DNA of 64,000 nucleotides from Vicugna vicugna (taxonomy: Eukaryota), in assembly GCA_013265495.1 (NCBI GenBank), contig MU058844.1, forward strand, positions 10,066,184 to 10,130,183, in the 5' to 3' direction. The position numbers were made by a program, and so were the translations under genes. The notes beneath the pieces are model-generated. The model saw only the letters and a program-made list of their open reading frames with translations, did no database searches and was not told the DNA's origin. Every line of letters begins with the position of its first letter. The first letter of the stretch is position 1. Positions 40,871-54,946 of the stretch are shown piece after piece.

Positions 40871-42959
40871 AATTCTAAAAGATAATTAATGTTAAGGTCC
40901 TCACATTCCTAAATCAATAAATGTTTTTTAAATCTTCTCTTTGCATTAAACCAGGAAAAAGAAGTGTTAAAGAAACAGAGCTAACTAAATTAGATATCCG
41001 TGTAACACTTGTCTGTGAAAGGTAGGGGAGATGGGGTTACAATGGAAAGGTAGTGAAAAGTGCCTCTTTAGATTTTGAATACAGGAGAGGACATTTAGAA
41101 CAGTAAACAGCTCTATTTAAACACGCCCTCAGTGTGAAAATGCGCCTAGTGATATGTGCAATAACTATAATATTTTCAATTTTCCAGAGATTGCTTATTT
41201 TTTCAAACTAATATTTATATTTTTATCCTTTCCAGCATTAGAAAGTATGCTAGAACTCAGAAACCTTGAGAACCATTGGACCAGTCTTGCTGTGCCCCGG
41301 ATCCCCCCAGAGATACTGCATTTCAGATCCTGAATCCCATCCCAGCACCTAGAACCATACCACTCTCCAAGGCCAGTTCTCAGACCCTAGAATTCCAAGT
41401 GTCACCAACCCTGGCCTTACCAGTCGTGGTCTTCACCTACTGAGTTAACAGAACTTCATATTCACCTTTGTATTACTGACAGTTATCACCTACGCTGTGA
41501 CTGAAATTGCAGCTTTTACTTCAACCTACTTGATCTCCAGAACAAGATGCCTCAGTTCACAGCGGTTACTGGGGCAATTCTCCCAGCACAGGAGCATTTA
41601 TAGACATTGATCCCATCTCCCACCCTAGTCTCTAGCCTATCTTAGTTAACTGGTTATTCCATGAAGATCCCCAGGATCTAATTAATGATATTCCTATGCT
41701 CACTTACTTAAGCTTAAAAACTCTCTGAAATCTTGGACTCTTCTCTTATTGTTCAGAATCAATCAGTGAATTAATCACTGTGGTAGTTCTTTCTTCTCTT
41801 TGGCAGTATTCAGATCTCCTCCACTATCAGGCACATAGAACAATTGCAGTCTCCAATCCCATAATGTTGGCATGACCATGTTATTTCCTTAGGTCAATAA
41901 AATGGTAGCAAAAGTTATCTTCCAATAGAAGGATTTACTTGGTAGTTCCTGGTTTTCTAGCTCATTCTTCTCCTGTCACAGTGATCAAAACAGTCCTTGT
42001 TGATATGATTATCATAAGGTCAAAGAGTCCCATAATACTGAGCCAGCACAGACAGGACACCTGCCTGAAGAGTCACCTAAATCTGCAAAGTATATACACA
42101 AGACATACATTTATGTTGTATCAAGCATGTGAGACTATGAGTTTGCTTGTTAATAAAGCATAGCTATGGCTATCCTGATATCATCACCAAGTTCTATCTA
42201 ACTGAATATATACAAGTGTATTTATTATATGCATCAGTGATGATGAAAAACTAGAAACAACTCCAGTATCACCAATAAAGGATTGGTTGAACAAATTATG
42301 GTACAAAGGAATAGTGTGCAGTTACTGGGAGGAAACATGTAATGACATTGAAAGATATTCAAGATATACTACTAAGATGGAAAAAGAAGTCAGTTGCAAA
42401 ATAACATATATAATGTGATTGCACTTTTGTAAAAAGAAATATATATGCATATATATAACAAATATGATATATACATGAAAATATGGATAGAGGCTATATG
42501 CTATTATATTACTAGATGCAGGGTAAAAATCTGTAAGGATGTTTTAAATTTATAGGATATTTTTGCTCTTTAATGTTTCTGTATTGTTAGAATTTTTTTA
42601 AACAAGGATCACAGTTTACTTTTATAAACAGAAAAATATATATAACATATTTAATGTGACAGTCATATCTTGCCCTTCTTTCTATTTTTTCACCTTCAAA
42701 GTTCATACATAAGTTTAAAAAAAAATAACCCTAAGTAAGAACATATAGTGTCTTTATTTGGTTTGATTTTTTTCTTTTCATTTCATTTGTTTAAAAATAC
42801 ATATTTACCAGCAGAGCATGGACATGATATTCTACTTGCTTGTTTCTATCCCTGAATTCTGTGAGACAATTCAAAATTACTTTATTGATGTATTATATTC
42901 AGTGCTTTAAATGCCACTTTATTTAGTTATTTGGTTCATCCTGAGAATTTTTTGTTAGA

Positions 42960-43110
42960 CTATGTGAAATGTATGCATTCCAGGTTTGCTTTTGTCATCC
43001 AACATTGCAGTGCTTCTGGTTAATGTTTTAATTAGGCAATAACTTCGGGCAAAGGAACAGTTCGCCACACAGCTGATAGTTTGTTGTGTCCAAAGTTAAT
43101 GTTTAAAAAT
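42960..43110 (-). pseudogene. Dynein-like exon remnant (first recognisable tail motif)
   Basis: PEVIA*LKH*PEALQCWMT vs DNAH14 DDVIRNIIRLREKLGWQT. Boundaries not resolved. Confidence 0.45.
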
Positions 43111-44623
43111 GTAAAATTTTAACGAAATTTTAGAATGGGTTTATTTTTAAAAGATTCATTTAATTCTCAGTGTAAATTTCACTTGTCAAATCTATGTAAT
43201 TCTCTTTTAATAAGAATTACTATTCTCAATTACTGTAAATATAATAAATAGGAGGAATGAATTATCATTTTATATACCTCATTGGCAATGATGTATCTAG
43301 TACTTCAAACTAAAAAATACCATATGGAGGACTTATTTAAGCTACTAACCATGTGAAAAATGCAAATTGCAGGGGGCGGTCATTAAGGGGGTAGAAAATT
43401 TTTTCACTTGTTCATATTGGTTCAACCAGTGAACTATTTTAGGAAGCTTCTCAGCCTAGAGTCACAAAAACAGGCTCGAATTGCCTGGATTCAAATTCCA
43501 GCTCAGTCATTCACTGACCATGTGACCTCAGACAAGCTACTCTACTTCTTTATCTGCAAAATGGGGATAATCATAGTTCATAATCACAGGGTTATTGTGT
43601 GGATTAAATGAGAAAATCCAGACAACGCCTTTAGCCTGGTGCCTATCATTTGGTGACAGTTCAGTAAACAGCTGCTGCTAGTTAGTAATGCTGCTTGTTG
43701 ATAACGATATTTATATTGAAATTTCTGCTGCTTTTTGTGGTATGTTGATTTTTTATTGGGTCTTATCAGGAATATTTCTCTTGATGGTAATGTCCATCTA
43801 GCACTAAACTAAAAATATCAGTTAAAAGTCTAATTTTTGGATGCAATTTTTATTTTTTAGTTTTCCCACTGAGACAAATAAAGTCTACAATGATCCTAAT
43901 AGAAAACCAAGGCTTTAATATCTTACTAAGTCTTAGAGAGAAAGTACCCAAGAATCACTTGACTTAGTACATTGGAGTTTACTCTTGGTTTACTCTAGAA
44001 ATGCAGTAACAGGGATCAAAACTGAACAAGAGAAATCAGAACCTTAATTAAGTTTTTAAAATCCTTTAGAATGATGGTGCCTGTGTTATCTTGCTAAAGC
44101 TAGCATCTCCTTTCTAAACTACTGTAATATTATATTAGTACACGTGTAATCATTTAGAAAATCAGATTAGCTGTAAAGTGTCCATAATCAGCAACATTCT
44201 TTCAGGAAATCTGTTTTACACATGTTTTTCCTTCAGATCGTGCATTCTTTCCCTGCTCCATCACACTTCAGTGGCTGTCAGACATGTTTTTGTAAATTTT
44301 TAATAAAATGAGTTTAAAGGACACCTCTAGTCTCTGAGGGGAAAGTCTAGTAACTCATTATTTCTCAGATTGATCCCTGGGAGTTTTTCAAGGCTCTGAG
44401 GGTGCTCTGTGGATATTTTTCTTTAATGTCACACGTTTAGTTTGATGTTTAAATAGCGCAATTAAAAAGAGATTGTGGAACACTTGAATGATCTTAAAAC
44501 TCAATACTGCCACTCAACTTAAGTGCCTGTGTTTGTGCTTGTATTTATAACTACATTGTCAACAAAGAGTAATGCTTCAATTGTCACTAGTTGATGAGAA
44601 AAGAACAGAGATTGACTTAATAC

Positions 44624-44699
44624 CTAAATGATGAATCTGTGCCAAGTGAAGTCCAAATGACATCATGGCAGGCTGTACAAAGATTTCTTTATAGTCCAA
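44624..44699 (-). pseudogene. Possible TPR-like exon remnant
   Basis: ttttttttacaag|TTG...TAG|gtatta; fragments KKSL and SLGTDS in different frames. Confidence 0.3.
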
Positions 44700-45486
44700 C
44701 TTGTAAAAAAAAATGGTGGCAAAATTGAGTCATCATAAAATATGTTATAGGCACACCAGGCTCAAAAGATCCTATCCTTCAACAGTCAGAATTCATATAA
44801 TAAGTGACAATTTCCTTTCAGCAAAACCTCATCCCTCACATTAAATTAATTATCACTAACTTACATTTTATTGGTTTTGCAGTTTTGTATATGAGTGTTA
44901 GTTTTGTCATTTAAGTACCATGAACAGTTAGGAGTTTAAATTTAGCTTAATATTTATATATATATACTTAATTAATATATTAAAAAATACTTCATCAACA
45001 CTGGGAAGTCCTTAGAATATATTTCAAAATGATGCTATAAAGTTTTAGAATTTCTGTAGCTATATGTATATTTATTATTTCATTTGCATTGGTCTTTAAA
45101 ATGTCTTTTTCAAACCTATTTTTCCTACTAAAATTTTTAAATAAAATGCTGAAAATATCCAGCATTCTCTATGGTAATAGTAATAGCTAACACTCATAGT
45201 GTTTATTATATGCCAAGCACTGTTCTAATTACTTCTCGTGTATTAACATTTTATTCATCACAACAATACTTTGAGGTACGGTAACCCCATTGCACAGATG
45301 AAGAAACTGAGGTAGAGGAAGAATAAGAAATCTGCTCGAAGTCATACAGCACATAAGTGGCAGAGTAGGAAATTCAATCCCAGGGATTTTGCCTACAGGG
45401 CCCCTATGCTTAGCCCCTGAATTATACTACCTCTGTAATTTATACATCATTTATAACTCCCCTGAAGTTATTCAAATAGTAAAAAT

Positions 45487-45580
45487 TACATATATATGAC
45501 TGAACTATTATGCTGTACACCAGAAATTGACACAACATTGTAAACTGACTATACTTCAATTAAAAAATAATAATAAAAAA
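45487..45580 (+). mobile_element. Very short L1 3' tail
   Basis: tgactgaactattatgctgtacaccagaaattgacacaac plus A tail. Confidence 0.85.
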
Positions 45581-46049
45581 TTACATTCTCACAATTTTAC
45601 CTTTTAATGGTATTTAAGGTAGCACAACACATTTGATTCCTATAAGATTCCATTAGTCTTACTTTTCAGTAATAACTTGTCTCCGACTTCCTAGCATTTC
45701 CTAAAATTGTTCCCTGAAAGTAAAAATACTGTTTAGTTTTAAAATAACCACTTATTTGGACATTTCCTTGCTTCAGCTATTTCCATCCACAGTGCCTTGG
45801 GGATACTGAGCCCAAAACATTCTGAAGATAAAGAGGGTTAAAAGTTAAAGGAACTTCAGAGTAAATTACAAGTACTTTATTAAAACATGGGACTGAGTGG
45901 AGGAAAGTGTAAGCACTGAGTGTACTAGATATCTAATAAATACACACTTGTACTCATGTTCAGTGGTTTGGAGGAATTCATGGTGAAAAGCAAATTCAGA
46001 ATCCTTACGGAGAAGATTTGGGGTGGTATACGTGCAGCTATATGGTGAC

Positions 46050-46540
46050 TGTCAGTCAGGGTCACATCAGGGAAAGGAGAGCACACTCAAATTAGGGCGT
46101 CTGTAGAGAGAGTTTAATAAAGGGACTCTTTCTAAAAGAGTGAGTGGGGTCTAGGGACAGCACAAGGGATAGGATGGTACGTATGGCTAATCGCAGGGGG
46201 ACATGTTTACCATCCTAAGCCTAGACATGTGGGCAGGGAGCAGTTATCAGAGGCAAAAGGACAGTCTTGTGGAGGCAGACACCTGATGGAGGTCACAACC
46301 TTTGGAAGAGGGAAGCACCCAAGGGAGACCCCTCAGGGAAGCCACAAGGCAATAAATACCTGATCTCCCTCTCTCCCACCTCTCTTCCGCTCTTGCCTGG
46401 GCTCGCATTGTCCAAACCAAACCAGAAGTCATAGGACAAGGACACTAAAGTAGCACATACTCTCAAGCTCCTAGGGCACAGAGGAGACGGGAAAAAAGTA
46501 GACATTGGATCCAGAGATCAAAAATGAAAATATCCCGTAC
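46050..46540. mobile_element. Ancient LTR, related to the copy at about 62250-62630
   Basis: Both share agagtttaa(t/c)aaaggg and aataaatacc segments. Confidence 0.55.
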
Positions 46541-46920
46541 CAACACAGCAGTTGATATAAATATTTTACATTTAATCATCAGCTCAAGTTCTTATCCCGA
46601 CCTATTAAAAATAAAACACACTTTTAATTAAATAAGGTATTTGAGTATCATCAGCCAAGGATAGCAAAACACCACTATTATTCTTAGAAATATTTGTGTG
46701 AATATATACACTGAAAATGGAGTGAATATGTTCTTTCTCCTCCTAGAGACATGAATTGACACATTTCACATTAACATTATTTCTGGTTTTCATTCAAAAA
46801 ATAATTTGAAATAGCATTCACAAAATTTCCCAAAGGTTGAATAACCATTATTTTTTAATTCCAGTAAATCACAGCATGTTCATCCTTTCTTTCTGGCTAT
46901 GACAAATTTACATTATGGGG

Positions 46921-46945
46921 TTTTTTTTCTCTTTCTTTCTTTCCT

Positions 46946-47001
<56 letters not shown>

Positions 47002-47003
47002 TC
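46921..47003. repeat. (TTTC)n microsatellite
   Basis: Direct reading. Confidence 0.95.
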
Positions 47004-48348
47004 ATATGCTATAAGTACAATTACAAATAATAAAATAAATTGAGAAAATTATTATAACATTAGCATCTTTAGGGCTTTTTCTTATAGCCTCTTTTCATTT
47101 CTCTTATTCCTACATTCCTTTCTCAACTTTATTATGACTAGAAGCAAACTGTAAGGGTCGTTAATCAAATAAGGACATTTACGACACACAACACTTTATA
47201 CCTTTATATAGGGTTTCTATCAATTCTGTCCAACTTAATCTGGCCATAAGATCACTCATTTTGTATTCATTCATTCACTGCAAAACATTGTTCCAGGTAA
47301 GGGAGATCCACAGTGAAAATGACAGATCCCTTACCTCCCTTTCTCACTGCTATGCCTTCTTCCTTCCCTGCTCCCTCAGTGAAAATAGTAATAATTGCCA
47401 CTTACTGAGCACTTATTAGGTAATGTACATGGTGATGTGTTTTTAATAGAATTAACTATTTAATTCTCACAACCTGACCTGGCAGGGAAGAGACAATATA
47501 GCATATAGTCCTGTTCAGCGTCTAGCTCTGCAATATACTTGCTGTGTTCCTCAAGAAAGTAACTTAACCTCAGCTAAACTAGGCATCAGTTTCTCTTTTT
47601 GGGTAAAACTGGGATAATAATAGTATCTTCCTTCTATCTGCAAATCAGGAATCGTAATAGAACTTAGCACAAGGAATTCTTGTGACTTTTAAATGTTAAT
47701 GTATGTAAAGTACATAGACTGGTGCCTTGCTCGATAAATGTGAGCCATTATCACAGTTGGTGTTTTGTCAATGAGGAATCTGACAGATTTAAGTTACCTG
47801 AACATAATGACACAACTATAAAGAGACTGAGCAAGGATCTCTAAACCTTGGCCTGACTCCATGAATATCCAATATAAAGTGAGGCTTTAACTGTGCCAAC
47901 TACCAATCTGCAACAGATTTTGCCCCCTCAGGAAAACTGAAATAGAAAAAGAAGAAAACCATGCCCTCTGAATAGAGTTTAAAAAGCTCTTCTAAACAGT
48001 CTCGTCTTTCCCAGAACAACAGTGGAGGGGGAGAGAGGAAAGATTTTCAACTAACTTATTGAAAGGAGGAGAGGGAATAAAAATGACAGAACTTTTAGAG
48101 TTAGAACTGAACAATATAGTTGGCAAAAAATTTCATTTGCTATTTACTCATGCCTCAGGACATAGGTAATATTAAACACTCATCACATCATGCATTACAA
48201 AAAGGGCAAACTTCACGGGACTGATCATCAGACACAAGTAGACAGTCAAAGCTTTTGCTTTTTTGCCAGTATGGCTGCCTTGAGTTAGTATTTTAAAAAA
48301 CTGATCATCCACACATCAGATCAGTTCATGAAATTTCTTACTTCTTAC

Positions 48349-48493
48349 CAGTTTGCAGAATCCCAGTAAATGTGAATATTAAGCGTAGTTTTAAAAGGCA
48401 AAAAGTACATTTACTTCTAGAGGCATATTCTTCCTCATCATCGATACAGAAAAATAATTTATGTAACTCTGAATGTTGACTGCCATATCACCT
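48349..48493 (-). pseudogene. Probable exon remnant, homology unassigned
   Basis: tatag|AGG...CTG|gtaaga boundaries; in-frame stops. Confidence 0.3.
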
Positions 48494-48599
48494 CTATATT
48501 AAGTTAAAGCCTTCATTCTCAACAAAAGATTATTATTTCCTAAGTACTTACGGATCATAAACTGTGTATGTAGTTCCAGAGGACTTACCTAGAAACTAC

Positions 48600-48882
48600 T
48601 TGATATTATATATCTATTAAATAAATCCTGGAGATCTAATTCACTATAGTCAGTGTGGTGAATATAGATAATAATATTCTCTTATAAGCATCAAACTTGC
48701 TGAGACTAGATCTTAATTATTTCCACCACAAAGAAACAGAAATGACAATTCTGTGATGTGATAGAGGTGCTAACTATCACAACAATGGCAATCGTATTAC
48801 TATATATAAATGTATCAAATCAACATGTGGTACACTTTAAACTTATACAATGATACATGTCAAATATATTTCAATAAAAATA
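48600..48882 (+). mobile_element. L1MA-type 3' end
   Basis: tgtatcaaatcaacatg...acttatacaatg...tttcaataaa. Confidence 0.8.
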
Positions 48883-49156
48883 TACATTATATACCTATCT
48901 AGCCACCACTATATTTATTTACATGGAGTCCCAGGGATGACTTTTTTTCCCTGCTTTGATGAACCCAGTGGTGGGAATGGGTGCCCTGGCAAGTGCAGTC
49001 CTCACTTGATAAAAATGGGTAGAAGAAACAGCTGGAGCATATGAGCGAGGCAAATAGGATGAAGTAAATGTAAGTCAGCCAAACACATGGCGACATCATC
49101 TGGGGCATTTTTGCTTGCATATGTTCACATAACATTTCAGCTAGGCTTTAACTTAC

Positions 49157-49314
49157 GCATATCTGTGGGATAGAGGAATCTCTCAAAGAATGAAGAGACT
49201 TTATTCAAAAGTGTACAGTGGAAAACTGGTCCTCACAATGGGCTTCCTTGACAGAAAATCACTGGGTCGGCAGTATGTATTCCATCACACATGATTTTCT
49301 AGGGTTTGATTCAG
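49157..49314 (-). pseudogene. Probable exon remnant (TPR-like, several stops)
   Basis: ccag|CTG...GC|gtaagt; reads ...PLYTFE*SLFIL*EIP... Confidence 0.4.
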
Positions 49315-51221
49315 CTGGTCCAAGTAGGAATAACAATTAGAGCACTGTGCAAAAATAATTGCTTGCTCTGGCACTAATGACTTGCCATGGAACTAACTGA
49401 ACCAAAATCCACCGCCACCCCCACCCTAGGAAAAATTAAAAGTTTAAGCAAAAGGATGTGACTATATCTTTGACTCCTATGTCCATGAAGAGTGTTTAAG
49501 CATTGGCAAGTGAAAGGCAGCCACATTTGGAGCAACGTAACAATGCAGTGCTAGCTGATGTGCCCATTGCATTTGGATAAAGAGAAACGAGGACAAAATG
49601 CACTTGAAAAGAATTTTGCTCAGACCAAGATTCTAGTTTGAGGGTGAATAAAGGATATAAAAATTTTGGTCAATGAAATAATAAAAGAATAATAAATCTT
49701 GAGCCTAGAACATATAAAAGTATCCTCCATACATATAAAAATAAATTCTGCATGAAGGATGCGTGTAAGGAATATGATCAAGAAACAAAACTTTTCTATT
49801 CTACTGGGGAAATAATGGACTTATTTTGAGCATATAGGATCTGCAGTTGTCAATCATTAAGACAAAATCAATTTGGAAAATCATCTGTCAGTAACCACTA
49901 AAGCCGACATAGCCATGCCCCATGACCTGCAATTCTACTCCTGGGTTTACAGCCAACAGAAATGGACATAATGTCCATTGAAAGATGTATACAAGAATAT
50001 TCATTCCATGTATACAAGAATACTCATAGAAAAAATACAGAAAGCAATCCAAAAGTCCATTCAAGAGTAGAACGGACAAATAGTGGTATATTTATATGAC
50101 AAAAGTACTAAAATGTAATAATAACAATGAATGGGTTTTCCTTATCTCTGGGGTGCTGGGAACATTCCGCTACTTGATCTGTTTTCTGGTTACACAGATG
50201 TCTTCACTTCGTGAAATTTCATCAAGCTATTTATTTTTCTCTTTGTGCTTTATTTGTATTTTTCATTAAAAAGTTTACTTAAAATAATGCAGAGCAAACT
50301 CTGGATTCAAGTCCTGACTCTATGTCTTACCAGCTGTGTGATCCTAAGCAAGTTAATCTCTCTTAGCCTCAACTTTCCAATTTGTACAGCATGGATAATG
50401 AGTGTAACTTATAATTACATAAGCTAATGTGCCTAGCATAAAATATAAGTGTTTAATAAATTCGCGCATGTCATGAGGCAGGCTGATCCCTTTGTGTTGA
50501 GCTATAGAAGAAAATAACCTGAGAGTTAAAATTTACATCACTGAAGAGAGGCTCATGGCAGATAAGATAAGGAAGAAGACTGTTTCAAAGGAAGAGCTAT
50601 CAACAATGTCAAGTGCTGCAGAGAGGTCAAGGAAGATAAGGAGAGGAACGATTTGGCAATATGGAAGTCACTGGTGACCTTTATCTGAGCAGATTGAACC
50701 CAGTTAGGGGCAGAAGTCAGACTGCAATGAGAGGTGAGGAAATGGAGACATCTAAGTACCTCTTTCAAAAAGTGTGGCTGTGAAGGAAAAAAATAAAGAA
50801 GGAAGGTGTCATAGGTAAAGAAGGATATGAAATTGAGATTACTTTTAATGGGAGAGACTACACGTGAAGAACCGATAGAGAGAGACGGATAACACAGGAG
50901 ACAGAAAGATCAACAGATGTCTACAGGGAAGTGAAGAAAATGGAAACCAAAGCACAAGATAGAGATCTTGAGCAAGAGGAAGAACATCTCTTCCTGCTTT
51001 GTCCCGGAGGAAAAAAAGAAAGGACGAGTGCAGATGCTGTATCATTAGTAGGTAGAGCAACTTCTCACCAGGTGGTATCAATTTCCTAAGTGAAGTAAAA
51101 GGAAGCATCATATGCCAAGAATGAAGGTAGAATTCATAGGATAGAGGGTATAATGAGATTTTTAAAATATAATTAAATTAAAATAGCTGAGGAGAATGGG
51201 AGAGACTTTAACCTGAGATAC

Positions 51222-51252
<31 letters not shown>

Positions 51253-53579
51253 AAGCAGTATTAAGGTCCCAACTCTGCTGTGAGCCATGACTGTTTCATG
51301 GTGCCAACCTTCAAGCTCATGTGATCTCCAGCAGTACTTTACATCTCTGAGCTATTCTTACAATGACTCTACAATTATTTTTAAGATTCCAGGTGCACAG
51401 AGATGACAGATGGTTAAACTGATTCAGGTATGAGTGTTTTGCAAGGTTACTGCAAAGGGAAGACTCATGCTTTCAAATGATAGAAACTCACCTCTAGCTT
51501 AAACCTGTTTTCAAAAAAGCAATCAGTCTGTATAACTGGAAATTTCAAAATATATCTGTTTCCAGGGGATTAACCACCATCATTGAAAATCTGTCTTTTT
51601 CTCCACTTCTTGACTCTGTCCTCCTGTCTGTTGTCTTTTTTTTTTTTTCAGGCAAACTCTTCTTTTTTGGTGGCAAAAAAGAACACTTGAATCTTAATAC
51701 ATTGTTCCACTAGCCATCTCCGCCTCTCCAGCCCTCCAAAAAAGAGAGCATATCTTCCCTGTTAGCTTCAAAAATTACTACTGGAATGACTTCTATTCTA
51801 TCTTCTTTGATAACAGGCTCACCCCTAAATCAATCGTTGTGGCCCAGGAAATTCAGTGCTCTAATTGGCTACCCCTGGAGCTGGTGGGTGGGGTCAGTTC
51901 CACTCAAACTGCCTGGACTAAGAGTGGGGAAAGAATCCTCAAAAAGGAAGAGATGCAGAGATGGCAAAACAGAAAAAAAAAAAAACAACTCAAAATGTTA
52001 TCACTTGTTCTCATTCATTTTACTTTCCAAGTGTCTCATTTGCAGTCAAACTAAACACGGTCTTTTAATGCCCAGACCTAATATTATACTCTTTATTTTT
52101 TGAATACTCAAACCTAAATCTTATATTTTTCACTTTCTCCTCTACATATCTTCATCAGTCTGTTCCTTGCTTCTCACCCTCTATTCACCTACATTCAAAA
52201 TACTTATTAATCTTCACTTTCTTAAGCCCTTCATTGACCAAGTTAGTTCGAACATTTAAAAAGCAAAGCCATTTTTATTTTTCAATGAATTCAATTTAAT
52301 TTATTTATTAATCATTCTCAAAATGGTAATGAGTAGCAAAATCCATTTTCAAACTATCTCTTATATTTAAGGACATAGTATGTAGTAAAATGTGCAGATA
52401 TCTTGCCCATGTATATTATTCCATGCATATTTTGGTAAATTTATATTGGCAATCTAAATTTAATTGACTTAATCACAGAAGTTAATACAAATTGGATCTT
52501 GTTGCCTTCAATATTTTTCATTGCTCTGAATGGAAAGACCAGTCACTAACATAGCCCATGGAGCTCAGCATGGTCCAGTTCCTGCTACCCCTTGTCATAT
52601 GATACCCCCTCTCATGCCCCCTCCACTGCAGCCTCACTGGTCTTCCTTTGGTTCTTCCTAAATATCAAGCAACCTCCCATCACAGAGCTGTCACACAGGC
52701 CTGACAAGTTTTTCTTTTTTCATATTTCAGAGCTCTGCTCAAAGATCCCATCTTCAAAGGAGAAACTATCCCTGACCTCCTTGACCACATCAGTCCATGC
52801 ATTAGATTAATTTTCTATTTTTGTAGCACTGTACTGGGTACCTCTCCTTGACATCTTTTGACACAGTTGGAGTTTTTCAATTGATTGTGTGTTTACTTCA
52901 TTATAGTCTCTCATACTCTCTATATTATAAATGCCAAGAAAGATAGAGACTGTCTAGTTTTGCTCACTGTTGTATCCCTAACACCCAATACATTGTTTTG
53001 CACATTCTCGGTGCTCAATAAAATGAACTCATGTTTAATGACCCAATCAATTTATTTATAAATTTTTGATATAAAAAAAGTCAACTCTTTTCAGTTGATC
53101 CCTTGGCTTATGAAGAAAGAAAGAAGACTATAAAAGAAACTGAAAGAATTTTTACTGAGCTCAGGATTTCACCTTGGGGGTAAAAGAAATTATAAGCATA
53201 TATATATACACACATTAACTAACATTTATTTTCTAAACATAGGTTGTTTGTATATATTCTGACTAGACTTTTTTCCAAGCCATTTTTCGAGACAAAATTG
53301 TAAGTGGTATGCTTTTCTGCCTGCTATCACCAAGAAGTTAAAAAAATTAAAAAGTCATGCATAATAAAAATTTTAGACCTTGGCCACTGTTTAGCATTGT
53401 CTAATTATATGCAGTTTAGTTGTCTGATAGCAAATGCTGTATGTATCTTGGCATCAACATTATTGTTTACATATTACTAATTCCTCATGAGAAACATCTC
53501 TTCACTTTGTACCCTAGAGGACTCAATATCTCTCCAGGGGCAGACAGGGATTTATATATATAAATTGATAATAGTCCTC

Positions 53580-53825
53580 TTTACAAAATTAAAGATGTTG
53601 GCCAACTCCTTCTTTGGCAGCTGTCCAATTTGCATAATTGCATTTGCCTTTCTAAATTTCTCCTGAAGCTTCAGTTGAATAAGGTGTTCTTTTGCATTTG
53701 CATTTTGAAAAGGCTTAACTGTGCTGCATGAAACAGCTGCCCCTAGCTGCAGTCTTAGATCTGGCTGGTATTGGTGAACTTTCTGTGTGTTGCAAATTAC
53801 TTTGAGAATTTTCCAATCAAAGGAA
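53580..53825 (-). pseudogene. TPR-like exon remnant of the NPHP3-like gene
   Basis: Stop-free stretch of about 80 codons: LRLQLGAAVSCSTVKPFQNANAKEHLIQLKLQEKFRKANAIMQIGQL, resembling NPHP3 SLHQLASVYVQWKKFGNA and TPR periodicity. Confidence 0.5.
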
Positions 53826-54946
53826 AGCCATTAGTATTCATGCACTTATATGAGCAAAATGTTTAGATTTTGTACATTGTCAATTAGCTACAGTGAGCAT
53901 TTCTAAAGTAACATTCCAACAATTCTACTCAGTCAGAGTTACTAGCACATTCAGTAGGGTTTGCTTACTCAAAATTGTGCTTAGGATAACATTAACTTAA
54001 CAGTCAGAGAAGAGAAACATGGGTAGGTATTTTCCTCTTATATCCACCAAACACTCTAATGTTATCGAATCTTTAAATAAACTAGAAGTCTGAAACTGGA
54101 GAAGAGCCTCTCCTTCTCCAAGACCTGCTATACTCATAGGCACCTTCTGAGAAAACAAACAAATGAAATTCCTAATGCAAGACTGGCTGAGGTTGGTTGT
54201 GTGTGATTAGCCTATGCAGACCTCAACCAATATACTCCCAGAAGCAACCAATAGGCTGAACCAATAGTGTCTTGGGTAGCCTGAACCAAAAATTCTGCAT
54301 ATGGACTCTGTATTGGATGGTGGCTACAGCAATCCCACACGGGGCTCTAGCTTAGGACATTTACACTCATTCAACATATACATATTGAGAACATACTCTG
54401 GGTCAGGCAGGGCAGCAAGTGGGGTAGACACTGAAGTATGGAGCTTACTAATGGGGAAGTCAAACGTTAGTCATATAATCACATGAATGAGTATACATTT
54501 AGATTCTAACACACATGCTATGAGGAAGTAAAACAATGTCATGAGAATCTGACTCAATATGAGAGGCTCAAGAAAGTCTTCTCTGAAAAAAAAAGATGCT
54601 TGAGCTGAGAGAAAGAAGAAATTAAGGTAAAAAGCCAAAGAATGGGAGAAGAATATTACTAGTAGAGAGAACAGTATTGTGTGATTCTTGTGAGCCATTT
54701 AGAAATTAAGAAAAATAAACAAGTCAATAAATTAGCACCACGGGAATACAGGGAGTGAGGAAGAGAATAGGATGAGCTGGAGACATAGATGGGAGCCAAA
54801 TCACAGAAGCCCTTGAGGGTTATGTCCTATCTAAAACAACAATGGCAGGTCCCTGAAGGGATAGGAATTGGGCATAGAGAGGAGGTAACATATTCAAAAT
54901 TGTGTTTGAAAATATTTCTCTGGCTGCAATGCAATAAACTGATGAA

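Larger units (their letters stand above)
129..43110 (-). pseudogene. Decayed multi-exon gene for an axonemal dynein heavy chain of the DNAH6/DNAH14 clade (N-terminal tail; continues past the window start)
   Basis: About 15 minus-strand exon remnants match recalled human DNAH14/DNAH6 tail motifs in collinear order. Many have in-frame stops or frameshifts. Identity is low, suggesting a paralogue. Confidence 0.65.
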
